From contig CBDBHE010000002.1 of NCBI GenBank assembly GCA_965205605.1, positions 64,001 through 128,000 on the forward strand: a DNA stretch of 64,000 bases, written 5' to 3'. The notes below the pieces were generated by a model. The model did no database searches. It had not been told where the DNA came from and was given only the letters and a program-made list of their open reading frames with translations. Shown here one piece after another: positions 43,328-53,307 of the stretch. This DNA comes from Spirochaetota bacterium (GTDB lineage Bacteria; Spirochaetota; UBA12135; COTS27; CBDBHE01). The position numbers and the translations under genes are program-made. Position 1 is the first letter of the stretch. Every line of letters starts with the position of its first letter.

Positions 43328-43879
43328 TTAATTTTTTTTCCTAATTTTGTTCTTAAATAAAAAAGTGACAAAAATATCGATCACTTGAAATAATAGAAAT
43401 ACAAATGGAGCTAAAAGACCATTGATAATAATTTGACCAACTACATATTGTTTGAAATAACTTGATGCTGAAAAAAAATCTATTAAAATAATGATTAGAA
43501 TTATCTCTATTGTTTCTTTGATAATAGAAATTGTTAAAACAATCAGGACAAATAAAGGAATAGGAATGGTACTAAAATTCTTTTTGAAAAAAGTAGAAAA
43601 AATTAAACTAACGTAAAAAGAAAGACTATAAAATCCAAAATATCCATTTGAAATTAAATCAATACAAATAATAGCAAAGATGCTGATAATAGAAGCTGTT
43701 TTAATGGAAGTAAAGCAATAAAGGCCAATTAAAAAAACATAAATGTAATTAGGCTTAATGTCAGAAAATATAGGCCAATTATTGTTACTTGGGAAAGTTT
43801 GAATGAATAAAAGAATAAAAGCGGAAATAAAATAAATTAAAAATTTAATTATTCTTAGTCTTTTTGATGATAAAAACAT
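43328..43879 (-). CDS. mreD: rod shape-determining protein MreD
   Basis: Multi-TM protein with IKPN..; directly follows mreC. Confidence 0.8.
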   Translation of the reverse strand: MFLSSKRLRIIKFLIYFISAFILLFIQTFPSNNNWPIFSDIKPNYIYVFLIGLYCFTSIKTASIISIFAIICIDLISNGYFGFYSLSFYVSLIFSTFFKKNFSTIPIPLFVLIVLTISIIKETIEIILIIILIDFFSASSYFKQYVVGQIIINGLLAPFVFLLFQVIDIFVTFLFKNKIRKKN

Positions 43880-44687
43880 GTTCTATTTTAAAAAAATTAA
43901 TATTTGGTTTTACAATGAGTTTTTGAAAAAGACCGTATCTGTTTTTATTAACACCAATAATGGTTCCAATAAAAATACCTTTTGGGTATTTATCACTATA
44001 ACCAGATGTTACAATCGACTTTTTTTCTAAATTTTCTAACTTGATATCAATATAGTCAATAATTGTTTTATCTTTTATAGGCGATTGTCCTTTCATAAGC
44101 CCAATATCTCTAGTTTCGTCAATAATAACACTAACATGACAACGATGATCTAAAATCGTTAAAATTTTACTTGAATGAGGCCCTATGTTATAAATATAAC
44201 CCACTAAACCACTCATTTCTTTATTAAAACCAATAACAGGCATGTTGACTTTTATTCCATCATTGCTTCCTTTATTGATAATAATGGTATTGAAGAGATT
44301 TTGAGGGTCTTTGGAAATAATGTTAGCTGGAATAATTTCTTTTTTTTTGGTGTAACTTAAATTGTTTAAAATATTCTTAATATTTTGATTTTCTTTTTTT
44401 AAAACTAATTTTAATTGTTCATTCATATTTTTGTAATGTAAGAGTTGTTTTTGTGTTTCAATAAGTTCAAATTGAAACTTTTCGGCTTTTTCAAATTTTT
44501 GATTTAAATATAAAGTTTTTTCTAAAATTTTTATTGAATAGGTTTGAAATGGAAGAATTGTAATATGGTATATTTTTTTGATATAATGATCACCGCTTAA
44601 ATAAGTGATATTTAAAACTAAAATAATAACAGTAATAGTAATGGAAGTAAAAACTAACTTCCTATATCTCTTATAAGTTGAACTCAT
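43845..44687 (-). CDS. mreC: rod shape-determining protein MreC
   Basis: TM plus coiled coil, IIINKGSNDGI..MPV, GLVG, VTSG..YPKGIFIG. Confidence 0.93.
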   Translation of the reverse strand: MSSTYKRYRKLVFTSITITVIILVLNITYLSGDHYIKKIYHITILPFQTYSIKILEKTLYLNQKFEKAEKFQFELIETQKQLLHYKNMNEQLKLVLKKENQNIKNILNNLSYTKKKEIIPANIISKDPQNLFNTIIINKGSNDGIKVNMPVIGFNKEMSGLVGYIYNIGPHSSKILTILDHRCHVSVIIDETRDIGLMKGQSPIKDKTIIDYIDIKLENLEKKSIVTSGYSDKYPKGIFIGTIIGVNKNRYGLFQKLIVKPNINFFKIEHVFIIKKTKNN

Positions 44688-45699
44688 TTAGCTTATTTTT
44701 TGATTTGTAGTTTTTTAAATAAATGCTGGCACCTTTAACTACACAACTTAAGGGGTCTTCTGCTGTAATGACAGGAGTGCCGACTTGATGACTTAGCAAA
44801 TGTTTAAACCCTTTCATTAAAGCCCCTCCTCCAGAAAGAACGATTCCTCTTTCCATAATATCAGCTGCAAGTTCAGGAGGAGTTTTATCTAAAACCATTT
44901 TTATTTCTGAAATAATAACTTCAATGGCCTCATCTACAAATTCTTTTGTTTCTGACTTAGAAACCTTTTGGACTCTTGGAAGCCCTGTAATGCTGTCTCT
45001 ACCTCTAATATCATAGCTTTCTCTAGATTTCACATTCCAAACATCTAAAAAATTAATTTTAATGTCTTCAGCAGTTCTTTCTCCAATAATTAAGTTGTAG
45101 TTTCGTTTCATAAAGTTAACAATTGATCGATCAACCCCATCTCCCCCAATACGAATACTGCTTTCAATAACGATATCCCCTAGTGAAATAATAGCAATTT
45201 CAGTTGTTCCCCCACCAATATCAATAATCATATTTCCAGCTGGATCATCTATTGGCATGTTAGCTCCAATGGCGGCAGCTAGGGGTTCTTCAATGATAAA
45301 CACCTCCCTAGCTCCTGCTTGTTCGCAAGATTCTTGCACAGCCCTTCTTTCAACTGGGGTGATACTAGAAGGGACTCCAATGGCGATTCGAGGTTTAAAA
45401 AGGCTTTTTTTTTTTGAAACTTTAGAAATAAAATGACGAATCATTTTCTCTACCATTTCAAAATCTGCAATGACTCCATCTTTCATGGGTCTAATTGCTG
45501 TTATTTTTCCAGGTGTTTTTCCTAGCATCTTTTTAGCTTCTTTTCCGACAGCTAAAATTTTATTCGTTGCTTTTTGTATAGCAACCACACTGGGTTCTCT
45601 TAAAATGACCCCTTCACCTTCTATATAAATTAGAGTGTTAGCGGTGCCTAAATCAATGGCAAAATCTTTTGTAAAGACACTAAATAATTTCCCAAACAT
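44671..45699 (-). CDS. mreB: rod shape-determining protein MreB
   Basis: AIDLGTANT, IRPMKDGVIAD, DIGGGTTE, TPPELAADI. Confidence 0.98.
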   Translation of the reverse strand: MFGKLFSVFTKDFAIDLGTANTLIYIEGEGVILREPSVVAIQKATNKILAVGKEAKKMLGKTPGKITAIRPMKDGVIADFEMVEKMIRHFISKVSKKKSLFKPRIAIGVPSSITPVERRAVQESCEQAGAREVFIIEEPLAAAIGANMPIDDPAGNMIIDIGGGTTEIAIISLGDIVIESSIRIGGDGVDRSIVNFMKRNYNLIIGERTAEDIKINFLDVWNVKSRESYDIRGRDSITGLPRVQKVSKSETKEFVDEAIEVIISEIKMVLDKTPPELAADIMERGIVLSGGGALMKGFKHLLSHQVGTPVITAEDPLSCVVKGASIYLKNYKSKNKLNEFNL

Positions 45700-45743
45700 A
45701 TATTAATTTCAATATTTGATATCTTTATGATTTTAAAGAGTCA

Positions 45744-46562
45744 TTATTGTAAAGAAGAAAAATCTTCATTATTTCCCATAGTGATTTGTTTTTCTCTTTG
45801 CTCGTTCTTAATAGAAAGATAACTCTTAACAAATTTACTTTTTTCTTTAAGCCCTAATTTTTTATAGAGTAAATTTACAAGTACGTCTCCAGCTTCTTGT
45901 ATTTCTTTAGAATAATCTTTATTATAAACAATTGTTTCTAATATTTTTTTAGCTTCTAAAATCTCCCCATTATGAATCATGCATTTGGCTATGCGGATAC
46001 TCCATTTATCGTTATTTGGATAATGCTTTGATATTTTTAAAGCAATTTCTTGTGCTTTTTTAATATCATTATTATGGAGATTAATTTGATAAATAATTTC
46101 ATAAACATTAAGATCGATTTTATTAACTTTATTAAGATATTTTCTTAAGTATTGATTAGCTAAGTAATAATAATTTTCATTTAAATTAAAATAACTTTTT
46201 CCTATTTCTTTGTAAATTTTTTTTTTCACAAAAAAAGAATGATTAATTAAATAATTACAAATTCTTATAATTTCAACTTTATTATTTAAGCTTTTTTTTC
46301 TTTCTTCTTTTTTTAATAATAAGGATAAATAAGAATATAAGATTTTTTTTTTATTTCCATATATTGAAAATTGTCTTTTAAGATTTTTTTGTGTTCCTTC
46401 TAATTTTCCTGATTCTAGTAAAATTTGATTATAATCTAAGTCATTTGAATACTTAGAAAAGGAAATAATTTTGTAAATAATAAAAGGAAAGAAAATAAAA
46501 AATAAAATTATGTAAATAATAACCTGTAAACTAATTTTCTTTCTAACGGTAATGCGTTCCAT
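45744..46562 (-). CDS. membrane-anchored TPR-like protein
   Basis: One N-terminal TM followed by helical repeats. Confidence 0.6.
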   Translation of the reverse strand: MERITVRKKISLQVIIYIILFFIFFPFIIYKIISFSKYSNDLDYNQILLESGKLEGTQKNLKRQFSIYGNKKKILYSYLSLLLKKEERKKSLNNKVEIIRICNYLINHSFFVKKKIYKEIGKSYFNLNENYYYLANQYLRKYLNKVNKIDLNVYEIIYQINLHNNDIKKAQEIALKISKHYPNNDKWSIRIAKCMIHNGEILEAKKILETIVYNKDYSKEIQEAGDVLVNLLYKKLGLKEKSKFVKSYLSIKNEQREKQITMGNNEDFSSLQ

Positions 46563-46605
46563 TTACTTAAAACTCAATATGGCAATTCCAAGATAAATTA
46601 TAGCA

Positions 46606-47781
46606 TTATATATAATAAGATTTCAATGGAGGAAGCCCATTGAAATTAATCGAACTATACGAATCAGTATAAGCCCCAGAAGATAAAATGTAAATAAAAT
46701 CACCTATTTTTAAATTTTTAGGGAGTTTATATAGATGCTTTTCATATAAAATGTCCATACTATCACAAGTGGGTCCTGCTAGAGTATATTTTTGATAAGA
46801 GTTACTTGTTTTAGAGGTCCAAATTGGATATTTAATGGATTCATTTAATGTTTCTATGAGTCCATTAAAAAGGCCAACATCTAAATAAAGCCAATTTTTT
46901 TTTTTGTTTTTTTGAGTTTTTAGAATAATTTCACTAATAATAATACCAGTATTGCCCACAATTGCTCTACCAGGTTCAATAAAAATTTCAGGCAGATCAT
47001 TTCCAAAATTCTTATGTAAATAAAATTTGATGTTTTTTAAGTATTTTTCTATAGGTTTGTTTACTTCGAGGTATTCACTTGGAAAGCCTCCTCCCAAATT
47101 AATTGCTTTAAGGTTTATATTTTTTTTTCTTAAAGCATTAAATAAACGGTAACAACTAAGTATCGATTTTTTCCATTGATTAATTTTGTTTTGTTGACTC
47201 CCTACATGAAAAGAAAGGCCATAAGCAATAAGATTTTTTTGTTTACACCCAAGGATTAATTGGTAAATTCTTTTTGGTGAAGTCCCAAATTTTTTAGAAA
47301 GAGGCCAGTCAGAGCCTTTACATTTTGTATAAAGTCTAAAAAAAATTTTAGAACCAGGGGCTCCATTTGAGATTTTGTTTAATTCTTCTATCGAATCACA
47401 AGTGAAAAATCGAATGCCTTTAGAAAAGGCTTTTTTAATATCGATTTCTTTTTTGATGGTATTGCCATAACTGATCTTATTAGGCTTTACTCCTAATTTT
47501 AAAACTTTTTCAAGCTCATAAATAGAAGCAACATCAAAATTTGAATCTAAATCTTTTAATACTTTTAACACTTCATTTGCTGGATTGGCCTTCACTGAAT
47601 AAAAAACAGTGCTATTTTCAAAAATAGTATTTTTAATTTTTTTATATTGAGTTTTTATTTCTTCTAAATTAATCACTAAAAAAGGCGTTTTCTTTCCTTT
47701 AATAAAAGATTCAAAACGCTCCCAATACCCATTTTGAACATACTGCTCAATGATTGTTGCTGTTTTTTTAAGGCTGTTCAC
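46606..47781 (-). CDS. ornithine/lysine decarboxylase (fold-type III PLP enzyme)
   Basis: FYSVKANP, FDVASIYE, KFG, SFHVGSQ, NLGGGF, EPGR, AGPTCDSMD, GAYT. Confidence 0.93.
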   Translation of the reverse strand: MNSLKKTATIIEQYVQNGYWERFESFIKGKKTPFLVINLEEIKTQYKKIKNTIFENSTVFYSVKANPANEVLKVLKDLDSNFDVASIYELEKVLKLGVKPNKISYGNTIKKEIDIKKAFSKGIRFFTCDSIEELNKISNGAPGSKIFFRLYTKCKGSDWPLSKKFGTSPKRIYQLILGCKQKNLIAYGLSFHVGSQQNKINQWKKSILSCYRLFNALRKKNINLKAINLGGGFPSEYLEVNKPIEKYLKNIKFYLHKNFGNDLPEIFIEPGRAIVGNTGIIISEIILKTQKNKKKNWLYLDVGLFNGLIETLNESIKYPIWTSKTSNSYQKYTLAGPTCDSMDILYEKHLYKLPKNLKIGDFIYILSSGAYTDSYSSINFNGLPPLKSYYI

Positions 47782-47847
47782 ACAAATTTAATGGAAGAGG
47801 TTAAATAATATTAATTTTATTTCTTATTTATGAAGGTTTGTTAAATT

Positions 47848-49213
47848 TTAGTTTGTTTTTTCAGGTGTATAGTTATCAAATCTAGGGTAATTAGAATGGA
47901 AAAAGAGGTCAATATCTCCTGTTTGCCCGTGTCTATTTTTTGAAACAATAATTTGTCCAATATTAGTAAGAGTTTCATTGTCTGGTTCATAATAAGCTGG
48001 ACGGTGAACAAAAAAAAACTAAATCGGCATCTTGTTCGATAGCTCCTGATTCACGAATATCGGATAAAAGAGGACGCTTATTATGACGTGCTTCGGTAGC
48101 TCTGTTAAGCTGAGTTAAAGCTACCATTGGGATGCATAGCTCTCTTGCCATTGCTTTTAATCTTCTAGAAATATTGGCGATGTGTTGTTCTCTATTAATT
48201 TTAAGGTCTGTTTGACCCATCAGTTGTAAATAGTCAATGAAAATAATTTTCGCACCCTCTTGGACCATTTTTCTTGCTTTTGCTGATAATTCATTAATTG
48301 TAATCGATGGTGTATCGTCAATAAAAATAGGGGCTTTTGTTAATTTTTCTCCTGCTTTGATTATTTTTTCCCAGTCAGATTCGATAAGTGTATTTTTTCG
48401 AAATTTATCCCCATTAAGTTTGGCTTCTGCACATAAAAGTCGAACACAAATCTCTGATTTAGACATTTCTAAAGAAAAAAATCCGATAGGGATTGAATTG
48501 ATCTTAGAAGAAATAGATATATTTTGAATGATACTAAGAGCAAACGCAGTTTTTCCCATAGCAGGCCTTCCTCCAATAATGATTAAATTTTCATTATGAA
48601 ATCCACCTATAATGTTATCAAGGTGACGATATCCACTTTGAATACCAATAACACTTCCTTTGTTTTTATAATTTTCTTCAATGACTTCTAAAGTTGAAAT
48701 AAAAACATCTCTTAGTTTTTCATATTCTCTATAGTTTGATTTGGAGATGTCAAAGAGCTCTTGTTGTGATTTTTCTATAATTTCAGAAGAATTCATCTCT
48801 CCAGAAAAAATATTAATAAAGTTATTATTAAAAATATCAATAACTTGTCTTAAAATTGATTTTTCTTTAATAATATTTGAGTAATAACTTGTATTGGTAG
48901 AAGAGGGGACAGAATCAATTAATTTAGTGATATATTCCACACCACCTGCTTTTTGGAGAAGGTCTTTTTCTTCTAAAATATTTTTTAGAGTTAAAATATC
49001 AATAGGAGCATAGCCATTTTTTTCGCGATATTCTAAGATAGCTTTAACAATAATTTGATTTCGCTCATCATAAAAATCATCTGTTTTTAAAGAAGAAAAA
49101 ATTTGATCAATGAGCTTGTTTTTAATTAAAATGGCTCCGATACAAGCTGTTTCAGCGTCTAGATTATTAGGAAATTTTTCTTTAGAAGAGCTTTTAAGGT
49201 TGGGAATACCCAT
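47848..49213 (-). CDS. dnaB: replicative DNA helicase (apparent frameshift near the 3' end)
   Basis: GRPAMGKT, FSLEM, IDYLQL, QLNR, RESGAIEQDAD; removing one base from the A9 run at 48010-48018 restores VFFVHRPAYY..IVSKNRHGQTG..RFDN, ending at 47848. Confidence 0.93.
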
Positions 49214-49221
49214 TTAATTTT

Positions 49222-49677
49222 TTATGTTTCGAGTTTTGAAAGTTTGATCTTTAATTGAGTTTTGAAATCTTTGTTTAATTGAATTAGCACTGAATAGTCC
49301 CCTAAGGCTTTTAAGGGAGTTGAGATAATAATATTTTTTTTTTCTAAATTAATCTTATGTTTTTCTTTTAATTCTTTTGAAATCATTTGAGTAGTGACGG
49401 TGCCATAGATTTTACCTTCACCCCTTACTTTTACTTGAATGTCTAAGCAATCAATTTTTTTAAACCCATCAATAATTTGAGTATGTTTTTCTTTTTGCTT
49501 TATGATTTGCTTTTGAAATTCTTTTTTTTGCTTTTTTAGTATTTCCAAGCTAACTTTGCTTTTTAAAACAGCTTTTTTTTGAGGAAATAAGTAATTACGT
49601 GCATAACCATTTTTAACTTGGACAATATCCCCCGGGTTGCCAAGATTAGGCATTTCTTTAATTAAGATAACCTCCAT
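49222..49677 (-). CDS. rplI: 50S ribosomal protein L9
   Basis: MEVIL..LG..GDIVQVKNGYARNYLFP, KIYGTVT. Confidence 0.97.
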   Translation of the reverse strand: MEVILIKEMPNLGNPGDIVQVKNGYARNYLFPQKKAVLKSKVSLEILKKQKKEFQKQIIKQKEKHTQIIDGFKKIDCLDIQVKVRGEGKIYGTVTTQMISKELKEKHKINLEKKNIIISTPLKALGDYSVLIQLNKDFKTQLKIKLSKLET

Positions 49678-49692
49678 TCTATACTTTAAAAA

Positions 49693-50133
49693 TTAAAAAG
49701 GGACTCCATCATCATCGTTTATATTGGTGTCTGGATATTGCTCAAACTGGATATCATCTTTGTTTGAAGTACTTGTACTTGTACTTGTACTTGTGTTTGT
49801 TTTGCCTTCAGAGCGAGAACCCAAAAATTGTATATTATTAGCTACAATTTCTACTTGACTTTTATTTTGACCTGATTTATCTTGATAACGATTTTGTTTA
49901 AGACGACCTTCAATAATTGTTTGACTTCCTTTTTTAAGGTAATTAGAGCAATTTGTTGCTAATTTATTCCAAGTAACAATATTAAAAAAACTTACGTCTT
50001 CTTGCCCATTATTTGAAGAGCGATTATTTGCAATTGAAAATTTACAAATAGGTGTTTGATTACTAGTGTATGAAAGCTCAGGATCTCTTGTTAAGCGACC
50101 TACTAAAATTATTTGATTAATATCCCAGGCCAT
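49693..50133 (-). CDS. ssb: single-stranded DNA-binding protein
   Basis: LVGRLTRDPEL, IEGRL, acidic tail DDDGVPF. Confidence 0.97.
   Translation of the reverse strand: MAWDINQIILVGRLTRDPELSYTSNQTPICKFSIANNRSSNNGQEDVSFFNIVTWNKLATNCSNYLKKGSQTIIEGRLKQNRYQDKSGQNKSQVEIVANNIQFLGSRSEGKTNTSTSTSTSTSNKDDIQFEQYPDTNINDDDGVPF
49768..49794. repeat. 6-bp tandem repeat (ACTTGT) x ~4 in the SSB linker
   Basis: Encodes the TSTSTSTSTS linker. Confidence 0.8.
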
Positions 50134-50459
50134 TAACTTTTAATTTTCTCTTTTTTCTTTAAAACTTCAAGAGCATTTTTATCTAAATAAGTAAAAAGAA
50201 ACCTTAAAATAGTTTCTTGCATTTTAATTTCTTTATTGAGCTTATTAATATGTAATCCATTGGCTTCAATATGATAATTATAATAATGCCCTTGTTTGTT
50301 TTTTTTTATTTCGTGACCAAATTCTTTTATACCCATATCGGTTTCTTTTTTGATCACAACGTTGTGTTCTTTAAATAATTCTTCTATTTTTTTTTTACTT
50401 TCTTTATAGAGAGATTCATCTTGATTATAGATAAAAAGTCCTTCGTAATCTTTATTCAT
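50133..50459 (-). CDS. rpsF: 30S ribosomal protein S6
   Basis: YEGLFI, G.KEFGHEIKK..GHY, ILRFL; directly upstream of ssb. Confidence 0.88.
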   Translation of the reverse strand: MNKDYEGLFIYNQDESLYKESKKKIEELFKEHNVVIKKETDMGIKEFGHEIKKNKQGHYYNYHIEANGLHINKLNKEIKMQETILRFLFTYLDKNALEVLKKKEKIKS

Positions 50460-50733
50460 AGTTTATTTTTAATTTTTACTCAATAAGTTTGTGTGCATTA
50501 TAGCATTTTTCTTTAGTGTAAGCTTTTATTTTTTTAATTTATTCATTTTTTTTTTAAAAATAAAAAATTTATGATTGTTGCTAATGGTATTTATTTAAAT
50601 CATATTTTTATTGATTTTTTTAAAGTAGAAATAACTTATTATGTTGCCCGATTAGTTGTTATGAAGTGTTTTTTTTATACTATTTTATATAGTATAATGG
50701 CATTTATAAATTTTTTAATTAAAAGGGAAATAA

Positions 50734-52065
50734 ATGAAAATAGCAGTTATTGGGACAGGTTATGTAGGCTTAGTAGCTGGGACTTGTTTTTCGGAGATAG
50801 GAAACGAAGTTATTTGCATTGATATTAACAAAGAAAAAATAGATGCTTTAAATCGAATTGAAATCCCTATTTATGAGCCAGGTTTAGAAGATTTAATTAG
50901 ACAAAACAAAGAAAAAAAACGGCTTTTTTTTTCAACAAAAATTGAAGAAGCTATTAAAAAATCACTCATTATTTTTATTGCTGTAGGGACACCACCGGGA
51001 GAAGATGGATCGGCTGATTTAAAACATGTGTTAAGTGTTGCAAGAACTATTGGGGAAAATCTAAATAATTATAAAGTTATTGTCAATAAGTCAACAGTCC
51101 CTATTGGGACAGGAGAGAAAGTTGAAAATTTAATTAAATCGGTTAATTCAACCCCTTTTGAAATTGTTAGTAACCCTGAGTTTTTAAAAGAAGGGACAGC
51201 TGTTAATAATTTTTTAAAACCCGATCGAGTGATTATTGGTACCAAGAGTGAGAAAGCTTGGAAATTAATGAAGCAACTATATTCTCCGTTTGTTCGTAAT
51301 TTAAATCCGATTATTCGTATGGAAGTCAAAAGTGCTGAAATGACAAAATATGCTTGTAATGCGATGCTAGCAACTCGTATTTCTTTTATGAATGAAATGG
51401 CTAATTTATGTGAATTCGTTGGAGCTAATATCTCCGATGTGCGTTTAGGTATGCAAAGTGATCCAAGAATTGGAAAAGAATTTCTTTATCCAGGCATTGG
51501 TTATGGAGGTTCTTGTTTTCCAAAGGATGTCAAAGCTATTATTTCAACAGCAAAACAGTTTGATTTAGAGTTTGGTCTTCTTAAACAAGTTGAAAACGTT
51601 AATGAAAATCAAAAAACTCTTTTAGTCAATAAAATTAAAAAACACTTTGGCGATAGATTAGAAGGCTTTTCTTTTGGCATATGGGGGCTTTCTTTTAAAC
51701 CTAAAACAGATGATATAAGAGAAGCGCCTGCAATTGCGCTCATTGATTCTCTGCTTTCACTTGGGGCTTCTTTAAGAGTGCATGATCCTAAGGCGACTGA
51801 GGAAGCTAAGAAAATTTTTGGTCAAAATAAAAATGTCGAATTTTTTACGGATCATTACCAGCTTTTAAAAGAAGTTGATGCTCTTATTTTATGTACCGAA
51901 TGGAATGAATACAAACTAGTCGATTTCGAAAAAATGAAAACTTTAATGAAAAATCCTGTTTTGTTTGATGGAAGAAATATTTGGGTTAATGCTCCTATTG
52001 AAAATCAATTTGAGTGGTATGGGATTGGTTATGCAAAAAAACATTCAATTAATTTTAATTATTGA
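50734..52065 (+). CDS. ugd: UDP-glucose 6-dehydrogenase
   Basis: GTGYVGL, KSTVP, NPEFLKEG, GYGGSCFPKD, FKPKTDDIRE, DGRN. Confidence 0.96.
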   Translation: MKIAVIGTGYVGLVAGTCFSEIGNEVICIDINKEKIDALNRIEIPIYEPGLEDLIRQNKEKKRLFFSTKIEEAIKKSLIIFIAVGTPPGEDGSADLKHVLSVARTIGENLNNYKVIVNKSTVPIGTGEKVENLIKSVNSTPFEIVSNPEFLKEGTAVNNFLKPDRVIIGTKSEKAWKLMKQLYSPFVRNLNPIIRMEVKSAEMTKYACNAMLATRISFMNEMANLCEFVGANISDVRLGMQSDPRIGKEFLYPGIGYGGSCFPKDVKAIISTAKQFDLEFGLLKQVENVNENQKTLLVNKIKKHFGDRLEGFSFGIWGLSFKPKTDDIREAPAIALIDSLLSLGASLRVHDPKATEEAKKIFGQNKNVEFFTDHYQLLKEVDALILCTEWNEYKLVDFEKMKTLMKNPVLFDGRNIWVNAPIENQFEWYGIGYAKKHSINFNY

Positions 52066-52072
52066 AATTTTT

Positions 52073-53224
52073 TTGAAACTCAAAAATACTTTATTAGATT
52101 GGATTTCTCAACAATTAATTAATTGGTTTCAAATTAATAAAAGAGATCTTCCCTGGCGAAAAAAAAGAAATCCTTACTCTGTTTGGATTTCTGAAATTAT
52201 GTTACAACAAACTCAAGTGGTAACGGTAATCCCTTATTATCTTAAGTGGATAAAATCTCTGCCTTCAATAGAATCGGTTTCAAAAGCCGATGAAGATTTC
52301 CTTCTCAAGCTTTGGCAAGGGCTTGGTTATTATTCTAGAGTGCGTAATATTCATAAAGCAGCAAAATGGATGGTTTTAAATCATCAAGGACAATTTCCAA
52401 AAGATTATCAACAGATAATCAATCTGCCAGGAATAGGAAATTATACAGCAGGTGCGATTAGTAGTATTGCTTTTGGAAAAAGAGTAGTGTTTGTGGATGG
52501 AAATGTTGAGCGAGTTCTTGCTCGGTTTTTTGCTTTAGAAGAACCTATTGAACAACTAAGAAGTCAAAAAATTATTTGGAATCTCGCTGAAAAATTGCTT
52601 CCTAAAAAAAATATCGATGATTTTAATGAATCTCTTATGGAGCTTGGAGCAACTTTGTGTACTCCCACTAAAGGATTTTGCACAGAGTGTCCTCTCGGTC
52701 AAAAATGCCTTGCTTTTAAGAAAAATAAAGTTAACAAGATTCCTTTTCGTCAAAAAAAAATTAAAACAATTAAAAGAACAGCTGTGAGTTTTGTGCTTTA
52801 TCAAAATAACTTTGATCCACTAAAAAAAGAAACAAAGTACTTGCTTTACCGTAGAAGAAAAAATGAAATCATGGGAGGACTTTTTGAATTCCCAACAATT
52901 GATCAAGATGAATTTAAAAAAATAAATAAATTACTCTTTAAAAAAAAAGAAATTCTAGAAGATCTTTTTAAAAAAAAATATGGCTTTATGATTAAAATTA
53001 AAGACTCTTTTTTTTCTTTAAAGCATTCCTATACTAAGTATCGCGTTGATTTAGAAGTTTTTTTTGCTTTTTTTAAAGCAGATGAAAAAAATAATTATCT
53101 TTTTAATGAAATGAATTCTAATTTATGTTGGGTTAATAGGGTTGAGTTTGAGCGTTGCCCCATGAATTCTTCAGGTGCTAAAATTGCCAAAAAACTTTTT
53201 TCATTACAAAAAAAATTTAACTAA
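52073..53224 (+). CDS. mutY: A/G-specific adenine glycosylase
   Basis: RDLPWR, SEIMLQQTQV, WQGLGYYSR, LPGIGNYTA, VDGNVERV, C-x6-C-x2-C-x5-C; start uncertain (ORF is open from 51965). Confidence 0.95.
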   Translation: MKLKNTLLDWISQQLINWFQINKRDLPWRKKRNPYSVWISEIMLQQTQVVTVIPYYLKWIKSLPSIESVSKADEDFLLKLWQGLGYYSRVRNIHKAAKWMVLNHQGQFPKDYQQIINLPGIGNYTAGAISSIAFGKRVVFVDGNVERVLARFFALEEPIEQLRSQKIIWNLAEKLLPKKNIDDFNESLMELGATLCTPTKGFCTECPLGQKCLAFKKNKVNKIPFRQKKIKTIKRTAVSFVLYQNNFDPLKKETKYLLYRRRKNEIMGGLFEFPTIDQDEFKKINKLLFKKKEILEDLFKKKYGFMIKIKDSFFSLKHSYTKYRVDLEVFFAFFKADEKNNYLFNEMNSNLCWVNRVEFERCPMNSSGAKIAKKLFSLQKKFN

Positions 53225-53307
53225 TCTTTTATCAATAAAACCCTCTTTTGAACCTTCTTTTTTTAATGTAATGTTATGATATTTTCATCTTTTCAAAATT
53301 AAAACCA

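Noticed and set aside
50571-50822. 83-aa ORF upstream of ugd
   Set aside because: Overlaps the ugd start out of frame, covers the divergent promoter region, and has no motif.
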